Positions 19,728 through 37,742 of a stretch of 64,000 bases of DNA are shown here, piece by piece. Made by a program: the position numbers and the translations under genes. Location: the NCBI RefSeq assembly GCF_009914755.1, contig NC_060930.1, one strand, 5' to 3'. A model generated the notes under the pieces. The model was not told the DNA's origin and did not search any database. It saw nothing but the letters and a program-made list of their open reading frames with translations. Origin of the DNA: the human T2T-CHM13v2.0 reference genome, Homo sapiens. Each line of letters begins with the position of its first letter. Positions within the stretch are counted from its first letter, which is position 1.

Positions 19728-20159
19728 CAAAAAACAACTAATGCTGGTGAGGCTGAGGAGAAAAGGGAAAATTTATACACTGCTGGTGAGAATGTGTATT
19801 AGTTCAGCCACTGTAGAAAGCAGCTTGGAGACTTCTCAAAGAACCTAAAACAGAACTACCAAGTGACCCAGCAATCCCATTAATGGGTATATACCCAAAG
19901 GAAAACAAATCAATCTATAAGACAGACACGTGCTCTCGGATGTTTATTGCAGCACTATTCATAATAGCAACGATATGGATTCAACCCAGGTGCCCATCAA
20001 CAGTGGATTAGATAATGAAAATATGGTATACACACACCCCAAACCTAAGTATCATGCAATACATTCATGGAACAAACCTGCAGATGCACCCCTGAATCCA
20101 AAATAAAATTATTTTTTAAAGGATGAAAATAGATAAGTAAATACAAATTAAAAAAAGAA
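19728..20159 (+). mobile_element. Internally deleted older L1P 3' fragment inserted at the edge of a MIR-like element
   Basis: L1 ORF2-end and 3'UTR motifs. 16-bp TSD AAGAGCACAG(A/G)CTTTG at 19712 and 20160. Confidence 0.72.
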
Positions 20160-21265
20160 AAGAGCACAGGCTTTGGGGCCAGACAGTCTATGTTGAACCC
20201 TGGCCCTTTGTGACTGTTGGCAACGTGCCTAACATCGTGTGTCTCAGTGTCACCGTCCGTAAAATGAGGACGCAGGTCATACCCAATTCATCAGATTGTT
20301 GAGAGGATTAAATACGCTCCTAGAACTTAGAAAAGTTCCTGTCACTTCAGCACTTTGTAGTATGAGATATTATCTTCCTTTTAGAGTTCAATCTATGTCA
20401 ATGTCATTGTTGATCATGTCAACGCAAAGCCTCCTCAGGGTGACAGATTGGAATTTGGAAGGGCTGTGCTCAAAACTAAAGCCAAAGGAAACAGGGAGTG
20501 GGTAGGTTTGGGGGAACACAGGCACCTTTCATTTTCTTTAGGGTTTTTACTTTCCTCCCATGATCCACTTGATTGCTGGCTTGGTGATTCTTAGCAAAAT
20601 AAATTAAGCAATTGTTTGGCTTTTATTCACTGGGGTTTTCTATGTCAGTGCTGATTTTGACATATAATAAAAGTAAGCTTTTATTTTTTCTAAAAAGTAA
20701 CAAGCAAAGAGGCCTTCCTGAGAGTTTGACGGATCATCATGACAAAACTGTGGTTCAACTGTTCAGGAAGAGAATGGTTTCCTGCTTAACTGGTGCTGGA
20801 TTGCTCATATCTAGAAGGGTTTGTTAACATCCAAGAGAAAACAGCAGGCTAGGGAAAGAAAAACCAAAGATGGCTAGAATTTGCTACAAACTCGTATCCA
20901 CCTAAAAGCCAAATATAGAACTTTAGTCCTAAAGGATTTACTTTCTTCACAAGGGTAGTTGGTCATTCAAAATAGATTGATCATGGATGCCACACACATG
21001 TATACACAAAATATAACTAAGAAAATTAAGACAGTATATAGATAAAATTCCTCTACGCTCTTTAGAAGGGGTCTGTGGCCTCTGAGGTGCTGGAAGAATT
21101 GGATTTCTTGATCTGGGTGCTGAATACATGGGTGTGTTGATTTTTTTTTCATTTGTTTGTAAAGAGTTTTCTAAGTTTTGTGAAGTCAAATAAAGGCATT
21201 CCCTTACTAGAAAAATGGATGCTTGCAATGATTAAATAAAACAAACATCATCAAAGAGCAAAGAG

Positions 21266-21770
<505 letters not shown>

Positions 21771-23191
21771 CTAGGGCAATGAGAGGTGGACAGAGGACTT
21801 ACCATCTTGGTCCTGGTAAGGCAGCTTCCTGGAATCACAGGACCACAGGGACAAAGGCATCTGAGGGGTCGTTCACACAACCTTCTGTCCCCGATGGCAG
21901 GACACAGTGATCGCTTCTCCTGGCACATGTCTCAGGGATACCATGCCTTTCTTATATATTGTGCAATTATTTTATATGGGTAGTAGACAAAATTTATGAA
22001 ATCAAATCTTTAAATTTCTACTTTATGGCTAAATTTCTACTTTCTGGATCTTTTGTCTTGTTTGAGAAGTCCTTTCCCCACTCACATATTTAAAATATAT
22101 TCTCCAGTATCCTGTTCCAGTACTTTTGTGGCTTTATCTTCTAAATTTATCACTTTGATCTATCTGAAATTTGTTCAGGGTACAAAGTAGAGAACTACTT
22201 CTTCCCGAAGAACAGCCTCAATACCCACTTAGTCCCATCCTTTCCCCAGATTTGAGGTGGCTCATTAATCACACAATGAACTCTCACAGATTCTCACAGA
22301 TTTTATTACCCGATGGTTTTTTACTCTATTGGTTTGTCTATTTCTGAGCCAGAGCCACAGTTTTTAACTGTAGGACTAATTCTTTCTCATTTCCCCCTCT
22401 TTCAAAAATACTTTTCCTATTTTTACTCATTTACTCTTCCAGAAAAGCCTTAGAATTAGTTTGTCAAATTAGGATTGGAATTACATCAGAACTATGGATT
22501 AATTTGGGGAGATTGGTGTCTTTGCCATGTTAAGTCTGTCTTCTAATAATGTGGTGCTGTAGTCATTGTCTTCCGTCTCTTTCGCTAAAGTTTCGTAGTT
22601 TTCTTCCTACTCTTGCACCTCTATTAATCTCTAGATTTTTTTTCTGATATGGTAAATGGGATTTTTTCCAATTTCTACTTTACCACTACTGTTATATAGC
22701 AAAGCTACTAATTTTTGAATAGTTACCTTGAATCTTGCTATCCTATTGGTCTCCTTTATTCGTTATAGCAGTTTATTAATTGATTCCCTAATTTTCTAGA
22801 TATTTTCTTTGTCTTTTTCTAATATTTGTACTTTAGTTCTCTTTCTTGACTCATTTCACTGTCTGCTATATCTAGAAAAATTTATTGGTGTTGGTGATAA
22901 CAGGTAACCTTAACAACAGGTCTTGACTTTAATGGAGATACCTATAATATTTTACCACTAAGCATGATGTTATGGGTTTCCAGCAAAAGTTCCTTATCAA
23001 GTTAGGGTGTTAAGTGTTTCCAAATGCTTTTTTACCATTTGTCATATGATTATAATTTTTTTCTCATTATATTGTTTTTCTTCTTACTAGATCGTCTAAT
23101 GCTGAATTGTATTTGCTTTCACGGCATAGAGCCAACTCAATTATGTCCATTAAAATTATGCAGATAATTAAATTACAGTATATATCTAAAT

Positions 23192-23554
23192 GCTGTGATC
23201 TAAATATTTGTGTTCCCCTAAAATTCATGTGGTGAAATCTAACTCCCAAGCTGATGACATTAGAAGGTGGAACCTTCGGGAGGTGATTAGGTCGTAAAGG
23301 TAGAGCCCTTATAAATGGAATTAGCACCCTTATAAAAGGAACCCCAGAGAGCTGCCTCCCCGCTTCTTCCACATGAGGACACAGCAAGAAAGGGCCATCT
23401 AGGAACCAGTAAGCAGGCCCTTGCCAGACATCAAATCTTCCTGTACCTTGATCTTGGACTTTGTGGCCTCCAGCACTGTAAGCAATAAATTTCTGTTGTT
23501 TATGAGCCACCTGGTCTATGGTGATTTGATACAGCCACCGAAACAGACTAAGAC
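23192..23554 (+). mobile_element. MaLR solo LTR (MLT1A/MST-like)
   Basis: TGCTGTGATCTAAAT...aataaatttctgttgttt...ACTAAGACA. Confidence 0.8.
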
Positions 23555-24171
23555 ACAATGAAATACTATCTGGTGTTAAAAAAGAATGAACTGACACATG
23601 TAACAACATGGATAAATCTCAAAAGCATGCCAAGGGAAAGAAGTCAAGCACAAAAAGTGCTTAGTATACGGTTCCATTTCTATAAAATTACGGAACAAAG
23701 AAATCTACAGTGACATTTAAAAATGAGTGTACTCCTGGAGTGACAGGGTGTTCTATATGTTGACTTGGGTGCTGCATTCACAAGGATATACACTTATCAA
23801 AGTTCATTGAGCTTTATGCTTAAAGTGGGTGATGATATGTAAACTATGACTCAAGGCTGATTAATAAGAAAAAAAATCTATGCTAGTGCCACAATCTTGC
23901 AGCCAGAGTTGGGCTATGTACTCTTTAAGCCACTTCAACTTGGCTTTCGTCCCCACCACTCCAAATACATTTTCCTTGCTGAGGTCCCCAGTGACCTCCA
24001 TGTTGCTAACTCACCTCGCCTGACTTCTCAGTAGAATGTGATACAGTTTATTCCCTGAGCTCTCCCATCTCCTTCCTGGGCCACTTCTCATTGGCCTCCT
24101 TGGTCATCCTCATCCTGTTCCTGGCCCTGAATGGTGGATCTGAATGGTGAATACCTCTGGTTCTCTTTTAG

Positions 24172-24518
<347 letters not shown>

Positions 24519-25066
24519 TCATCCATGCAATCTTATAGCTCTGTGGTGTGGGTAACCAGGTTGGCATCTCTTCCCAGACCTCACTTCTGAGCTGCAGATC
24601 CACATACCCAACCACCAACGTGGCATCTCCTTCTGGAAGACCCACGTGTTCACGACTACACTCCCAAGTTCCACCAGAACTGTCAGCCTTCTGGGCTTCT
24701 CATCTCAGGGGTAGCATGTGCATTTGCCCAACTGCTAGAAAGCTGAAGGAAAACTTTAATAGAAAATTCACTTTCTTTCACCCTCCACAACTTATCGACT
24801 GCAAAATGCTGCTGTCCAGTAGGTCTCACGTCCATCTCTTCATGTCCACCTCCTCTGGCTCCTGGTGGAAGCCACTGTCATGACCCCTGAGTGACCCCAC
24901 AGCTCCCACTCCTGACTACCTTGCAATTATTCTTCAAGTGGCAGGCGGAGTCAGTGTTTTAATGTGAATTTGTTTATGTCACCATTGGCCATAAGATGCT
25001 TCAGCAGCCATGAGGCTTTTTGACATTAAAATACATATTTTTTAATATATATATTTTATATATTAT

Positions 25067-25918
<852 letters not shown>

Positions 25919-26796
25919 TCACAGCAGCTGCTGACTGGTTTTTCAGATCAGAAGTCTCCCCAGCATTACAATTCTGCCATTTTAAATATATGTAATTAGA
26001 ACTCTGAAAGTTCAGCTGAAGAAATGCTTTTTTACTTTATAATCTGTAGATGTTTCTGAAGCATCACCTTCTCCAAGGTTGAAATATAACAGATCCTCCC
26101 TTAGTCCTGAATTTTTTTTTTTAAGTCAAATGTATCCTTTAGTTTATTTCTTATCCCTAACCAGATGTACAAGCTTTTGTAATGATCTTGGCTCTTGGCA
26201 GTGACAATGGAGGGAGACAAGGCTGCTGAATTTGTGCCATGGAAAGATGATAAATCAGCAGGTTCTACTGAAATGTGTCATTTACCTATGTCCAAGCAAT
26301 TCCCAGTCTACCTGGTGAAGAACAAGTTTATAGAAGATTCCTAAATTATCAAAGTTTCCATTTCCATTGGCAGAGTTTCACAGTGAAAAGTGAAAGGATA
26401 ACATTAATATTGAAGCACCCAAACCTCTTAGGAGAGCTTAGAATGTATTCAACCCTCTGACAAAATCCTATGGTGAAATTCAGGGACTTCTGCTCATGAC
26501 GAATCAGGTTGATTTTTGCCCTTCAGAGCAGTGAGACCAAGTCTCCATTCTGCTCTGAGATCATCTATAGAATGAGGATAATAGCACCCTTTTCGGGAGG
26601 TTGGTGTTAATAATACTTAACAAAAATACAAATACCAGATTCCAAGTGCCAGGCTGGCCCCGTGTTATTCCTCACTAAATATTAGCGAGTTCTTCCTGCC
26701 CTAAGCTGGAAGAAGAGCTATGGTGGGATGAGAATTCTAGGTTACAATATACTGATTATTTTTCAAGTAAGGAAGAATTTAGAATACAAGGACATA

Positions 26797-27277
<481 letters not shown>

Positions 27278-28275
27278 TCACACCTTAGAATTGGCCCCCA
27301 CTTCCTTTCGGTCACCTAAGGCAGTGTTTCTGAAATATTAAAAACTCGGAAGATATTTGGAAGCCAGTTCTCCAAAGTTGTGACTACATAGAGCTCTCTC
27401 TGGCTGCCTTCACTACTTTTTTTTTTAATCGGCAGCTTGGGAGATCACAGAGTGAAGTGGGAAAAGCTCTAGAATCGGAATGCTGCCAATGGAAACTCTC
27501 AGAGCCTAGCTAGATGTTACAGCTTCTTAGGGTATTGGCCTACGTAAACTACCCCTGAGGCTCACCATTTCACTCCTCAGTGCTATGTTTTGCAGAACTA
27601 AAGTTCTTAATTTTCATTTGGTCCAATTTAGCATCAAAAAAGTCCATATGCCTCGGACTAAATGTAACAAAACATGTGTGTGTGTCTTCTTAAGAAATCT
27701 CTCTCCACAAGTTCATGAAGATAGATGCTTCTATTATCTCCTGAAAGCTTTATTGTTTTTCGTTCACAGTTAAGTCTACAGTCCATCTGGTATCAATGTT
27801 CCTGTAGGTTGTAAGGCAGGAATCAACTTTAAATTTTTTTTATATGGGTTCCTAAATGTCCCAGACAAATTATTGAAAAATTTCCCTATTAATTCTCGAC
27901 CCCGAAATGCTGCAATTGTCATAAGTATAATGACGATAGGATTTATTATCCAAGTGGATTAAATTTTGAGAGTAAAAGATAAAAGATACAAAAGTACTAA
28001 TTACATTAGGACCAGAGGTGTAAACAGGCTGTTTGGGGTACACTGGGACGACAGTCCTACTCGTCATGAAGCTGGGTTCATCGTGGGAGGCTATTTCTAG
28101 CCTCTCTGTTCTAGTCCGTTTCTGGTCATCCTTGCACCAAAACTGCTTTATCTTATTTTCTGCAGCTTTAGAATAAGTCTTGATTCAATTAAGTCCATCC
28201 TCTTGCTAATTCTTCTTCCAGATTGTCTTGGGTGTTTTTGGCTTTTACATATTTATATAACCATTAGAACAACTT

Positions 28276-28984
<709 letters not shown>

Positions 28985-30717
28985 AATTGACATATTTAAA
29001 GTATTGCATCATAACTACGGCATAGCTCTTCATTTTTTCAGATCTCTTTCATTTACTCTCAATAACATTTATAGTTTTCTGTATAGAATCCTGAACAACT
29101 TGTTGGATTCATTCCTAGGCACTAAAGTATTTTTTGATGTCCTTATAAATGGTATTAAAAGTTTTTAAACTGCATATGTTACCTAGAAATACAAATTAGC
29201 TTTACAAATTAAACTTATAACCAGCAACCTTACTTAACTTACTTAAATTCTAATAATTTAAATTTTCTATAAAAATAATCTGAAATATTGTGAGGTTTGT
29301 TCTTTCAAATCATTATATATTTTATTTATTTTTTTCTTGAGTTAGTATATCAGCTAGGATCTTCATTAAATTATTAAGTGGTGATAGCACATCCTTGTCT
29401 TGTTCTCAAATTGCAGACCAATTTCTCCTTTAATTTCTTTCTATTTTTGTTGTTTCATTTTGAGGGCATGTTGTTGGATATATACAAGTTTAGAATTGTT
29501 ATATTTTCCCAGTGAGTTGAAACTTTTTGTTGTTGTTATGAAGTGTCTGTCCTTATCTCTGGAATAGGAATAGGAAATATGTAATTGTAATTGTACTTTA
29601 TTCTCTTCCCAGACAATGCAAGGACTTTAGAACTTTTAACTCCATTTCCTTCCCCAACTTCTATGTTATCATTTATTTTAATTCTGGATATATATGAGAC
29701 TCTGTAGACATTATCCCTAATGCCGTTATAGCTACGCTTACTTTTATGGTTAGTATTTGCATGATATATCTTTTTCTATTTTTTTCTTTTCAAATTCTCC
29801 CTAGTCTTATGTTTTATATCTATTTCCTCTAACTAGCATATAGTATTTTTTTTAATTCAGCTTGACCATCTTTGTCGTTTAACTGGAACGGGGACATTTA
29901 TTCAATGTACATTGTATTTAGAGTCTAATATACATACCATCTTGCTAGTTGTCATGCCTACTCTATGTATCACTTTCTCATCTTTCTATTCTTCTTTCAG
30001 ACTGATGATGGTATTCTTTGTCATTCTTTATCAACCTCTAATGTAATTGTAATTTTACTTTATTCCCTTCCCAGACAATGCAAGGACCTTAGAACTTTTG
30101 ACTCCATTTCCCTCCCCAACTTCTGCTATCATTTATTTTAATTCTGGATATATTTGAAACTTTGTAGACATCATTTCTGTTTTATATGGTCAATATTCAT
30201 TTAAACTTATTATATTTACCAATTTTTCTTGCTCTTTTTTTGTTGTTGTTACAACTCTGACATTTCCTGTGCATAAAGAATCTCCTTTACACTTTTTCTC
30301 AGGGGAAGTCTGCTGATGGTGAACTTTCTCAGTTTTTGTCTGAAAATATCTTGAAGGATGTTCTTCCTGGGCATACAATAATTCTAGGTTGGCCAGGTAT
30401 TTAGATTTTGTTTTTTCCAACATATTGAGAGAATCATCCTATGGTTTTCTGGCTTTTATTATTTCTGTTGACATATGTGTTGACATTGTAATCGCTGCCT
30501 CTTTAAAGGTACTTTGGCCTTTTCTTCGGTTGCTTTCATTTTATGATTTTTCCCTTAGTCTTTGGATGAGTGCAGTTTAACTAGGATATGTCTGGAGATG
30601 GATTTCTTTGTATTTTCCTACTTGGGGTTTGAGTAGCGTTTCCAAACTCTGTGAATTGACATTCTTTATCTGTTTTAGTATAAACATTTGAATGTTAGAT
30701 TTTAAAATATGATTCTG

Positions 30718-31010
<293 letters not shown>

Positions 31011-32506
31011 AATAATTAATAATAAGTAAATAAATATAATATGATTCTTCTCTATAATTTCTCTTCTCCCATTAAGCATCTTCTTATTGACTACCTTGAG
31101 TCTCTTATCGTCCCTTTTGCATTTTCCATTCTTTTGCCTTTTATCATATTAGTCTTCCTGGGAGAAACTATGAATAATTTCTTTGAACTTTAAAATTCAC
31201 AAATTCTCTCTTTAGCCATCTAATTTTTTGTTAAATCTTATCTACTGAGTTCATTTATTATTGTATTTTTGAGCGCTGGAATTTCTGTCTTATTTTGATT
31301 CAAATATGCAGTGTCTCTTTTAAGTTTCCAATTATCTGCTGAAATGTTAAACCTTGTCTTTAATCATCTTGATCATAGAAAACAGTGCTCTTTTCTAGTT
31401 TGTGTGTGACAATTCTAATATTTGGAGCCCCTGTACTGGTGTTTCTATTGTCTATCTTTTGTGCTGGTTTTAGTTTACATTGTCACGGCTCCTCAACTGT
31501 CCAATTACCTTTGATTATGTGCCGGATATCATATTATAAAAGCTGATGATAAACATGATTTGAGGTTTACGGGTAATTTTCCCCAAAATATGATTTTTGT
31601 TTGCTTCTGCAATGTGCCCCTGGGTAGCAGCAAACCAGGATGAAAATAATCTACTTCTAGGGATTGGAAAGTTCTGGGCTGTCCAATGACTTATAGCAGG
31701 GCTGCATTCTGAGCTGACTCTGTCATACTCATAGGGCATAGCTCTTAGGATGCCAAACAAAAGCAGAGGCAGTATCATGGCGCCCCCACTCTTGACAGGC
31801 TCAAACTCTGTCTACCACTTCTCATTCCCCTCTTCTGGACTGGCAGATGGCCCTGGGGCAGAAGTGGCCCCAATTTCCAGATTCACTTTTCTGAATTTCC
31901 AATTTGTTCTGGATCTTGGCCCAATAATTCTTTATGTTCAGATTAGCCCTCCCTTGCCTTTGGGCTGATGCTCGTTTTATTTGTTTGATTTTTAATTGAC
32001 TTCAGAGGCCTGAGGTAACTATTTCACCATTACATAAATTAGATGCTCTCCACATAAAATACGCATTGGATTCTAGTCTCTGCCCTGGAACTCACCAATT
32101 GTTTTGACCTTCAACAATTTACTTATAGTCTATAGGCCTGTTCCCTCATATATAATTTGAGCGGGCTCACTTGGGCCCCTACAATTCAGTTTCTACACAA
32201 TTAACATGATTTACTCCAAATCAGAGTGGATTTTAGGATGAGGAACCAAAAGAGAAGACTTACAGAAGGCAGAGTTTTTCCTGAGAGTGAGAAAACCTGG
32301 AATATGGTAAGTATTTTAAGAAAGCGGGGGAAAAGAAAGTTTGTTGGCAAAAGAGTTGCTAAAATTTTGTTGTTAACATGTGGAATTCCTCTCTACCAAC
32401 AATGTTGTAAGGCCAATAATCCCCACTTGTAGTCTTAACTTGTCTAGGGATAGGGGGCAATAAGAAGAGGCCTGAGACCAGTCTAGCTTGCAGAATCCTA
32501 GGACGT

Positions 32507-32512
32507 TTTATT
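32507..32512 (-). terminator. Candidate distal poly(A) signal AATAAA of SERPINB1 (long 3'UTR)
   Basis: TTTATT on the plus strand about 1.25 kb past the stop. Confidence 0.55.
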
Positions 32513-32676
32513 AATTCATGATGCCCACTATCCTTGTGGGAGCAAGAATATGCGGCGTTTCAAGCTCCATTCAAAGAACTACATTTGACAAAGTTTTATA
32601 TCAGTCCAAGAGCCCCCACCCCATCTCCCCACACAGCCTTGGAAGTCAAGAGCCTTAATCAGAAAACACATGAGAA

Positions 32677-33002
<326 letters not shown>

Positions 33003-33665
33003 AGAAAACACATGAGAAGGTGGCTAACAGTAAAACCTTTGTTCAGCAGTTTATCTTACTACATGGTTATTTTTGTAGACTCTTGGTATCTTTTATCCTA
33101 AGACACCCACTTCTTGATTTCATGCAGCGCCACATGAACTATATATTATACATAAAGAAGAACAAAAAAGGGAATGCAGGTTATAACCATTGGCCCTTTA
33201 ATTGAAGAGTCTAAAAACTAGAGGTCTGTAACAGAATACTAATCCTGCAGAACAAGGGACAGAAAAGTCAGGCGAGGCAAGCTTGTCTTCGTAACCTGGG
33301 CTCTCAATTGGGGTGCTCTCTTACATTTCAATTGAATATCTGTTTTTAAACCTCCCTTCAACAGTCAGGGTGTCTGTCTATTTTGTGGCTTCCAAAATTC
33401 TAACTGCAAAATAAATGACCATCTTATCATGTTTTCCCATGGCTATCAGGAGGATATAGCAATTTTATAGATTACTACATGGTCAAGAATCTACGCATCG
33501 GATGTATTCTTTTCTTCTTCTTTACTTGATGCATTCAAAAGCAACCACTGGATTTTTTTCAATGTAAAAAAGAAAAATAGATACCCATGCCAAAATTCAT
33601 GGGTGTAAACAGCCAACAGAGCCAAACTTACAAAGAAAATGAAAGACTTGTTTCTGGACAGTGGT

Positions 33666-33671
33666 TTTATT
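33666..33671 (-). terminator. Proximal poly(A) signal AATAAA of SERPINB1
   Basis: TTTATT on the plus strand about 90 nt past the stop, followed on the minus strand by U/GU-rich sequence. Confidence 0.7.
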
Positions 33672-33759
33672 GGTAAAGATATAAGACATATTGGCTCTAT
33701 TAAAAACTCAGGTAATAAAGCACTAAGCTTGATTTTTGTATTGCTACAGTCTCTTTCTT

Positions 33760-34164
33760 CTAAGGGGAAGAAAATCTCCCCAAGAATAGGATGCTACCTG
33801 AGGAATTATGCCGAATAAAGAAAAGGAATGGATGGTCGGCAGTGAAATTTTCTTCGGGCATCAACATGCAGAAAGTTGCGATGCCTGCTGTGGCAGCTGC
33901 CGCCTCTGTTCCCTCTTCATTCACTTCCACAAATGACTTGTGGACAATTTTTGATATAAAAATATCTCTGGCTCCTGACATGCCAGACAGATCAGCCTTG
34001 CTACTGTTAAAGAGATCCTGCACACCTAGGCGGGCGAGGTCGGAGTTGAGAGTGTAACTCTCTTCCAGTTTGAACCTGGGCAAGCTGACATTAACTTCAA
34101 TGAAATCGAGATTCTCAGGTTTAGTCCACTCATGCAACTTTTCCAAAGTCAACTGTTCCTCAAT
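33760..34164 (-). CDS. SERPINB1: SERPINB1 exon 7 coding part, including the reactive centre loop ([17 protein letters not shown]1 Cys) and the serpin signature [11 protein letters not shown]
   Basis: tgcag|ATT acceptor and stop at 33760-33762. Matches ORF 33760..34170. Confidence 0.98.
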   Translation of the reverse strand: MEEQLTLEKLHEWTKPENLDFIEVNVSLPRFKLEESYTLNSDLARLGVQDLFNSSKADLSGMSGARDIFISKIVHKSFVEVNEEGTEAAAATAGIATFCMLMPEENFTADHPFLFFIRHNSSGSILFLGRFSSP

Positions 34165-34395
34165 CTGCAATTAAAAATGAGGTGAAAGAGGAAGTGATAT
34201 CAATTTTACATAAGTAAGGCAATAAAGTATTATTGAATCAATGGACCCATAATATCAGTTGCTAGTTAGTTTCCTTCATGTTTTGTGCCAAAACAGATTC
34301 CATTTGGAGCATTTTATTTCATTATGGCAATTGATGAAATAGGGCAGAGGTGGTGTTCCAAGTCATCAAAGGTTCAAGGGATTTGTACATTGGGT

Positions 34396-34739
34396 CCATC
34401 ATCCACTCACCCACCCATCCACCCATCCATCCACCCATTTGTCCACTCATCCATCCATCCATCCATCCATCCATCCATCCATCCATCCACCCAGCTACCC
34501 AGCAACACAGCCACCCATCCATCCATCCATTTATTCACCTATCTACCCACCCACCCATCCAACCATCTATCCACCTATTCATCATCCATCTACCCATCCA
34601 CCCATCCATCCATCCATTCACCTATCCACCCACCCACCCATCCAACAATCTATCCACCTATCTATCATCCATCCACCCATTTACTCATCCACCCATCCAC
34701 CCATCCATCTACCCATTCATCCATCCATCCATTCATCCA
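34396..34739. repeat. (CCAT/CCAC)n tetranucleotide repeat in SERPINB1 intron 6
   Basis: Read directly. It is the source of the spurious HPSI-rich ORFs. Confidence 0.95.
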
Positions 34740-35706
34740 GGGTTTACTAAACCCCTACCACAATGGATTACAGTGATAGGTCATGACAGCTGCTATTACT
34801 TCCAGGTTGAGTAGTGCTAGAAGAAATTTAAAATATTTCTTCTATTTAGTCTGAATCCCACTGAAGCTGAAGTAATATCTAATAACTTTAGCTCCTAGGT
34901 AAAAATTTTAAAGGCAGATTATGCACTGGAGCTAGTTCCTCATCTGAAATGTGATGTGGACATTACTTATATCTACCTTATAGATTGTTGAGAGCATTAA
35001 ATGAAATGATGTATATAAAGTGCTTGGCCCATAGTGCTACATAAATGTCAGCTATTATCATTACTATTGTTATAGCTATTGGACTGGAATAGAACCATCA
35101 CTCTACTTCTTCTAATGGTGCTGATAATTCCTTTTAAGAGGCTAGAGATTTTCACTTTACAATCAGAAAAAAAACTAATGCAAAAATACAACCAAAAGAA
35201 AGGCCACATTGATTGTTATACAATGTATTAAAAGTCTGTACATGCAAATGATTAACATTAGACCCCCTTCCTGATAGCAAGGATGATGAATAGGTGGATA
35301 GGGAGGAGACGGAGAGCACAGAGCAGGCTAGAGTCCCTACATATAATGGAAACCTCATGCAAAGATCATACTAGTAAATAGGCCTAACATGTCACATGAG
35401 GCTTTTTCTGTCTTGTACCCATTGAAAATTTAATTCACTATCTATGTGAATTGTGATGAGAACAAACAGTGTAATAATAGAATTTTATAGTACGTGATGA
35501 AGATATATGCTACACTATTTGGGGCTTTTCAATCTTTTTCCTCAGTAAAACAATCCTCATCTTACTGTAATTTCCTCTAAAGCTAATTCAAGAGCCTTTC
35601 CATGAGCTGCCACTAACCAGTATTATATTTAGTATAGATCTTTAATGACCTCATCACAAGTGTCCACTGAAAGTAGCTGGCCATCTTTTTTGAAAAATGA
35701 AACGTT

Positions 35707-35843
35707 AGCCGGGCACAGTGGCTCACAGCTATAGTCCCAGCTACTCAGGAGGCTGAGGCAGGAGGATTGCTGGAAGCCAGGAGGTCAAGACCAGCCTAAA
35801 CAACATAGTGAGACCTTGTCTCTATAAGTAAATTTAAAAAAAA
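35707..35843 (+). mobile_element. Alu monomer (FLAM-like) in intron 6
   Basis: Single Alu arm. Confidence 0.8.
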
Positions 35844-36007
35844 ATTAACTCTGGGCTTTAGTGTAGTAAGTGTTGATGGGCTACATTTACAAAGGAATGA
35901 CAAACTACTGGAAAATGCACCATCAGTGAACACTTAACAAGCACCTACCTACCATGCGACACACACATGCAAGAGGAACCACAAAGCATGAAGCCCAGGA
36001 GCCATAC

Positions 36008-36175
36008 CTTCTTCAGGCCCGTGGACTCGTCCTCAATGTCATCCGGCAGCAGGATGACCATGCTGAGCTCCTCGCCTTGGTAAGGCAGTTCCAGCACACG
36101 GCACTTAAGGTCCTCGATGTAGCCATATGCAAATTTTTTCTTCTGATACATCATTTTCACAGTTTTTCTGTCTTT
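36008..36175 (-). CDS. SERPINB1: SERPINB1 exon 6 ([11 protein letters not shown]...VLELPY...STGLKK)
   Basis: ttcag|AAA ... AAG|gtatg, 168 nt, VLELPY and MVILLP motifs. Confidence 0.96.
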
Positions 36176-36259
36176 CTGAACAGATTTTAAAAATCACTGA
36201 AATTATTCTCTGCATTCTTTTAGAGCAATGCATGACTCTGTACAGTTACCTCACCTCAC

Positions 36260-36402
36260 CTTATTCAATCTGAATGGTGCATTCGTCGTGGCTTCTTTCA
36301 TGAATTTATCCTTCCAGTTTCCCTTGAAATAGATGGCATTTACTAGCACAAGTTTGGTCATGTTATCAACCATGCCCGAAGCCAACAGTTCCGGAATTTT
36401 TC
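36260..36402 (-). CDS. SERPINB1: SERPINB1 exon 5 ([29 protein letters not shown]...FRLNK)
   Basis: tttag|GA ... AAG|gtgag, 143 nt, [11 protein letters not shown] motif. Confidence 0.96.
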
Positions 36403-36859
36403 CTAAAAAAAAATCAAGTTAGCGTAAAAAAAATCCAAATCGGAATTCCAAATTTGAACTGACAATATATTAGCACGGAAATGCAATTCAAATATATAAT
36501 TTCTACTTAATTTTCATTTAACAAGATATTAACTTAGGAAAGCCCTACTCACTAACATGTCTCTACTTTAAGTATAACAACCTGTGGGGCAGACAGACCA
36601 GGATGACACACAAACTTCCCACAAGGACCTGACATTTTAAACAAGTCAAATGTGCCGAAAGACAAAAGACAGGAAAATTCTCCTTTTCTGGACTGTATGA
36701 TAAACAATGAGCCTTATTTTGTAACAACCATTCTTTTTTAGAAAAAAAAAATTCTTAATGAAGATATCTTTAGTCATCAGTAAATCACTTCTTCAAATCG
36801 CTGAGTAGATGCCTACTCTCACAAAAAAAGGTTTAAACAATATCCAAAAGGCAGAACAA

Positions 36860-37040
36860 GACCAAGCATGGTGGCGCACACCTGCAGTCCCAGTGCTTTG
36901 GGAGGTGGAGATGAGAAGATTCCTTGAGCCCAGGAGGTCAAGGCTGCAGTGAGCCACGATCGCACCACTGCACTCAAGCCTGGGCGACAGAGCAAGACTC
37001 TGTCTCTTAAAAACAAAAAACAAACAAACAAACAAAAAAA
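36860..37040 (+). mobile_element. Alu right-arm monomer (FRAM/AluJ-like) in intron 4
   Basis: Single arm with (CAAA)n tail. Confidence 0.82.
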
Positions 37041-37338
37041 CCAGCAGAACATACTCCATGGAAATAAAGGTCACCTTCGTGACCATAAGTATGGCTGGGA
37101 ACAATTCCCATAATGGAAGACAGGTCTTCTGGAGTGGGTTGACTAATACAGGGCTATGTAAGAAGAGAGATGTAGCAAAGAAATAAATTGCACCCTAAAA
37201 GCAAGTCAGTCCCCACCTACCACAACTTTTTTACTGGACAAGATGTTGGCAAAAAATTTACAACCACAGTAGTTTGTGAATATTGATTTCAGGTATTTCC
37301 ATGAAATTCCAGGACATTTCTTTCCATATGAGTATTAG

Positions 37339-37742
<404 letters not shown>

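Noticed and set aside
23067-23609. 180-aa ORF on the minus strand
   Set aside because: It is an antisense reading of a MaLR LTR and flanking L1.
34285-34814. His/Pro/Ser/Ile-rich ORFs of 100-163 aa
   Set aside because: They are translations of the (CCAT)n repeat in intron 6.
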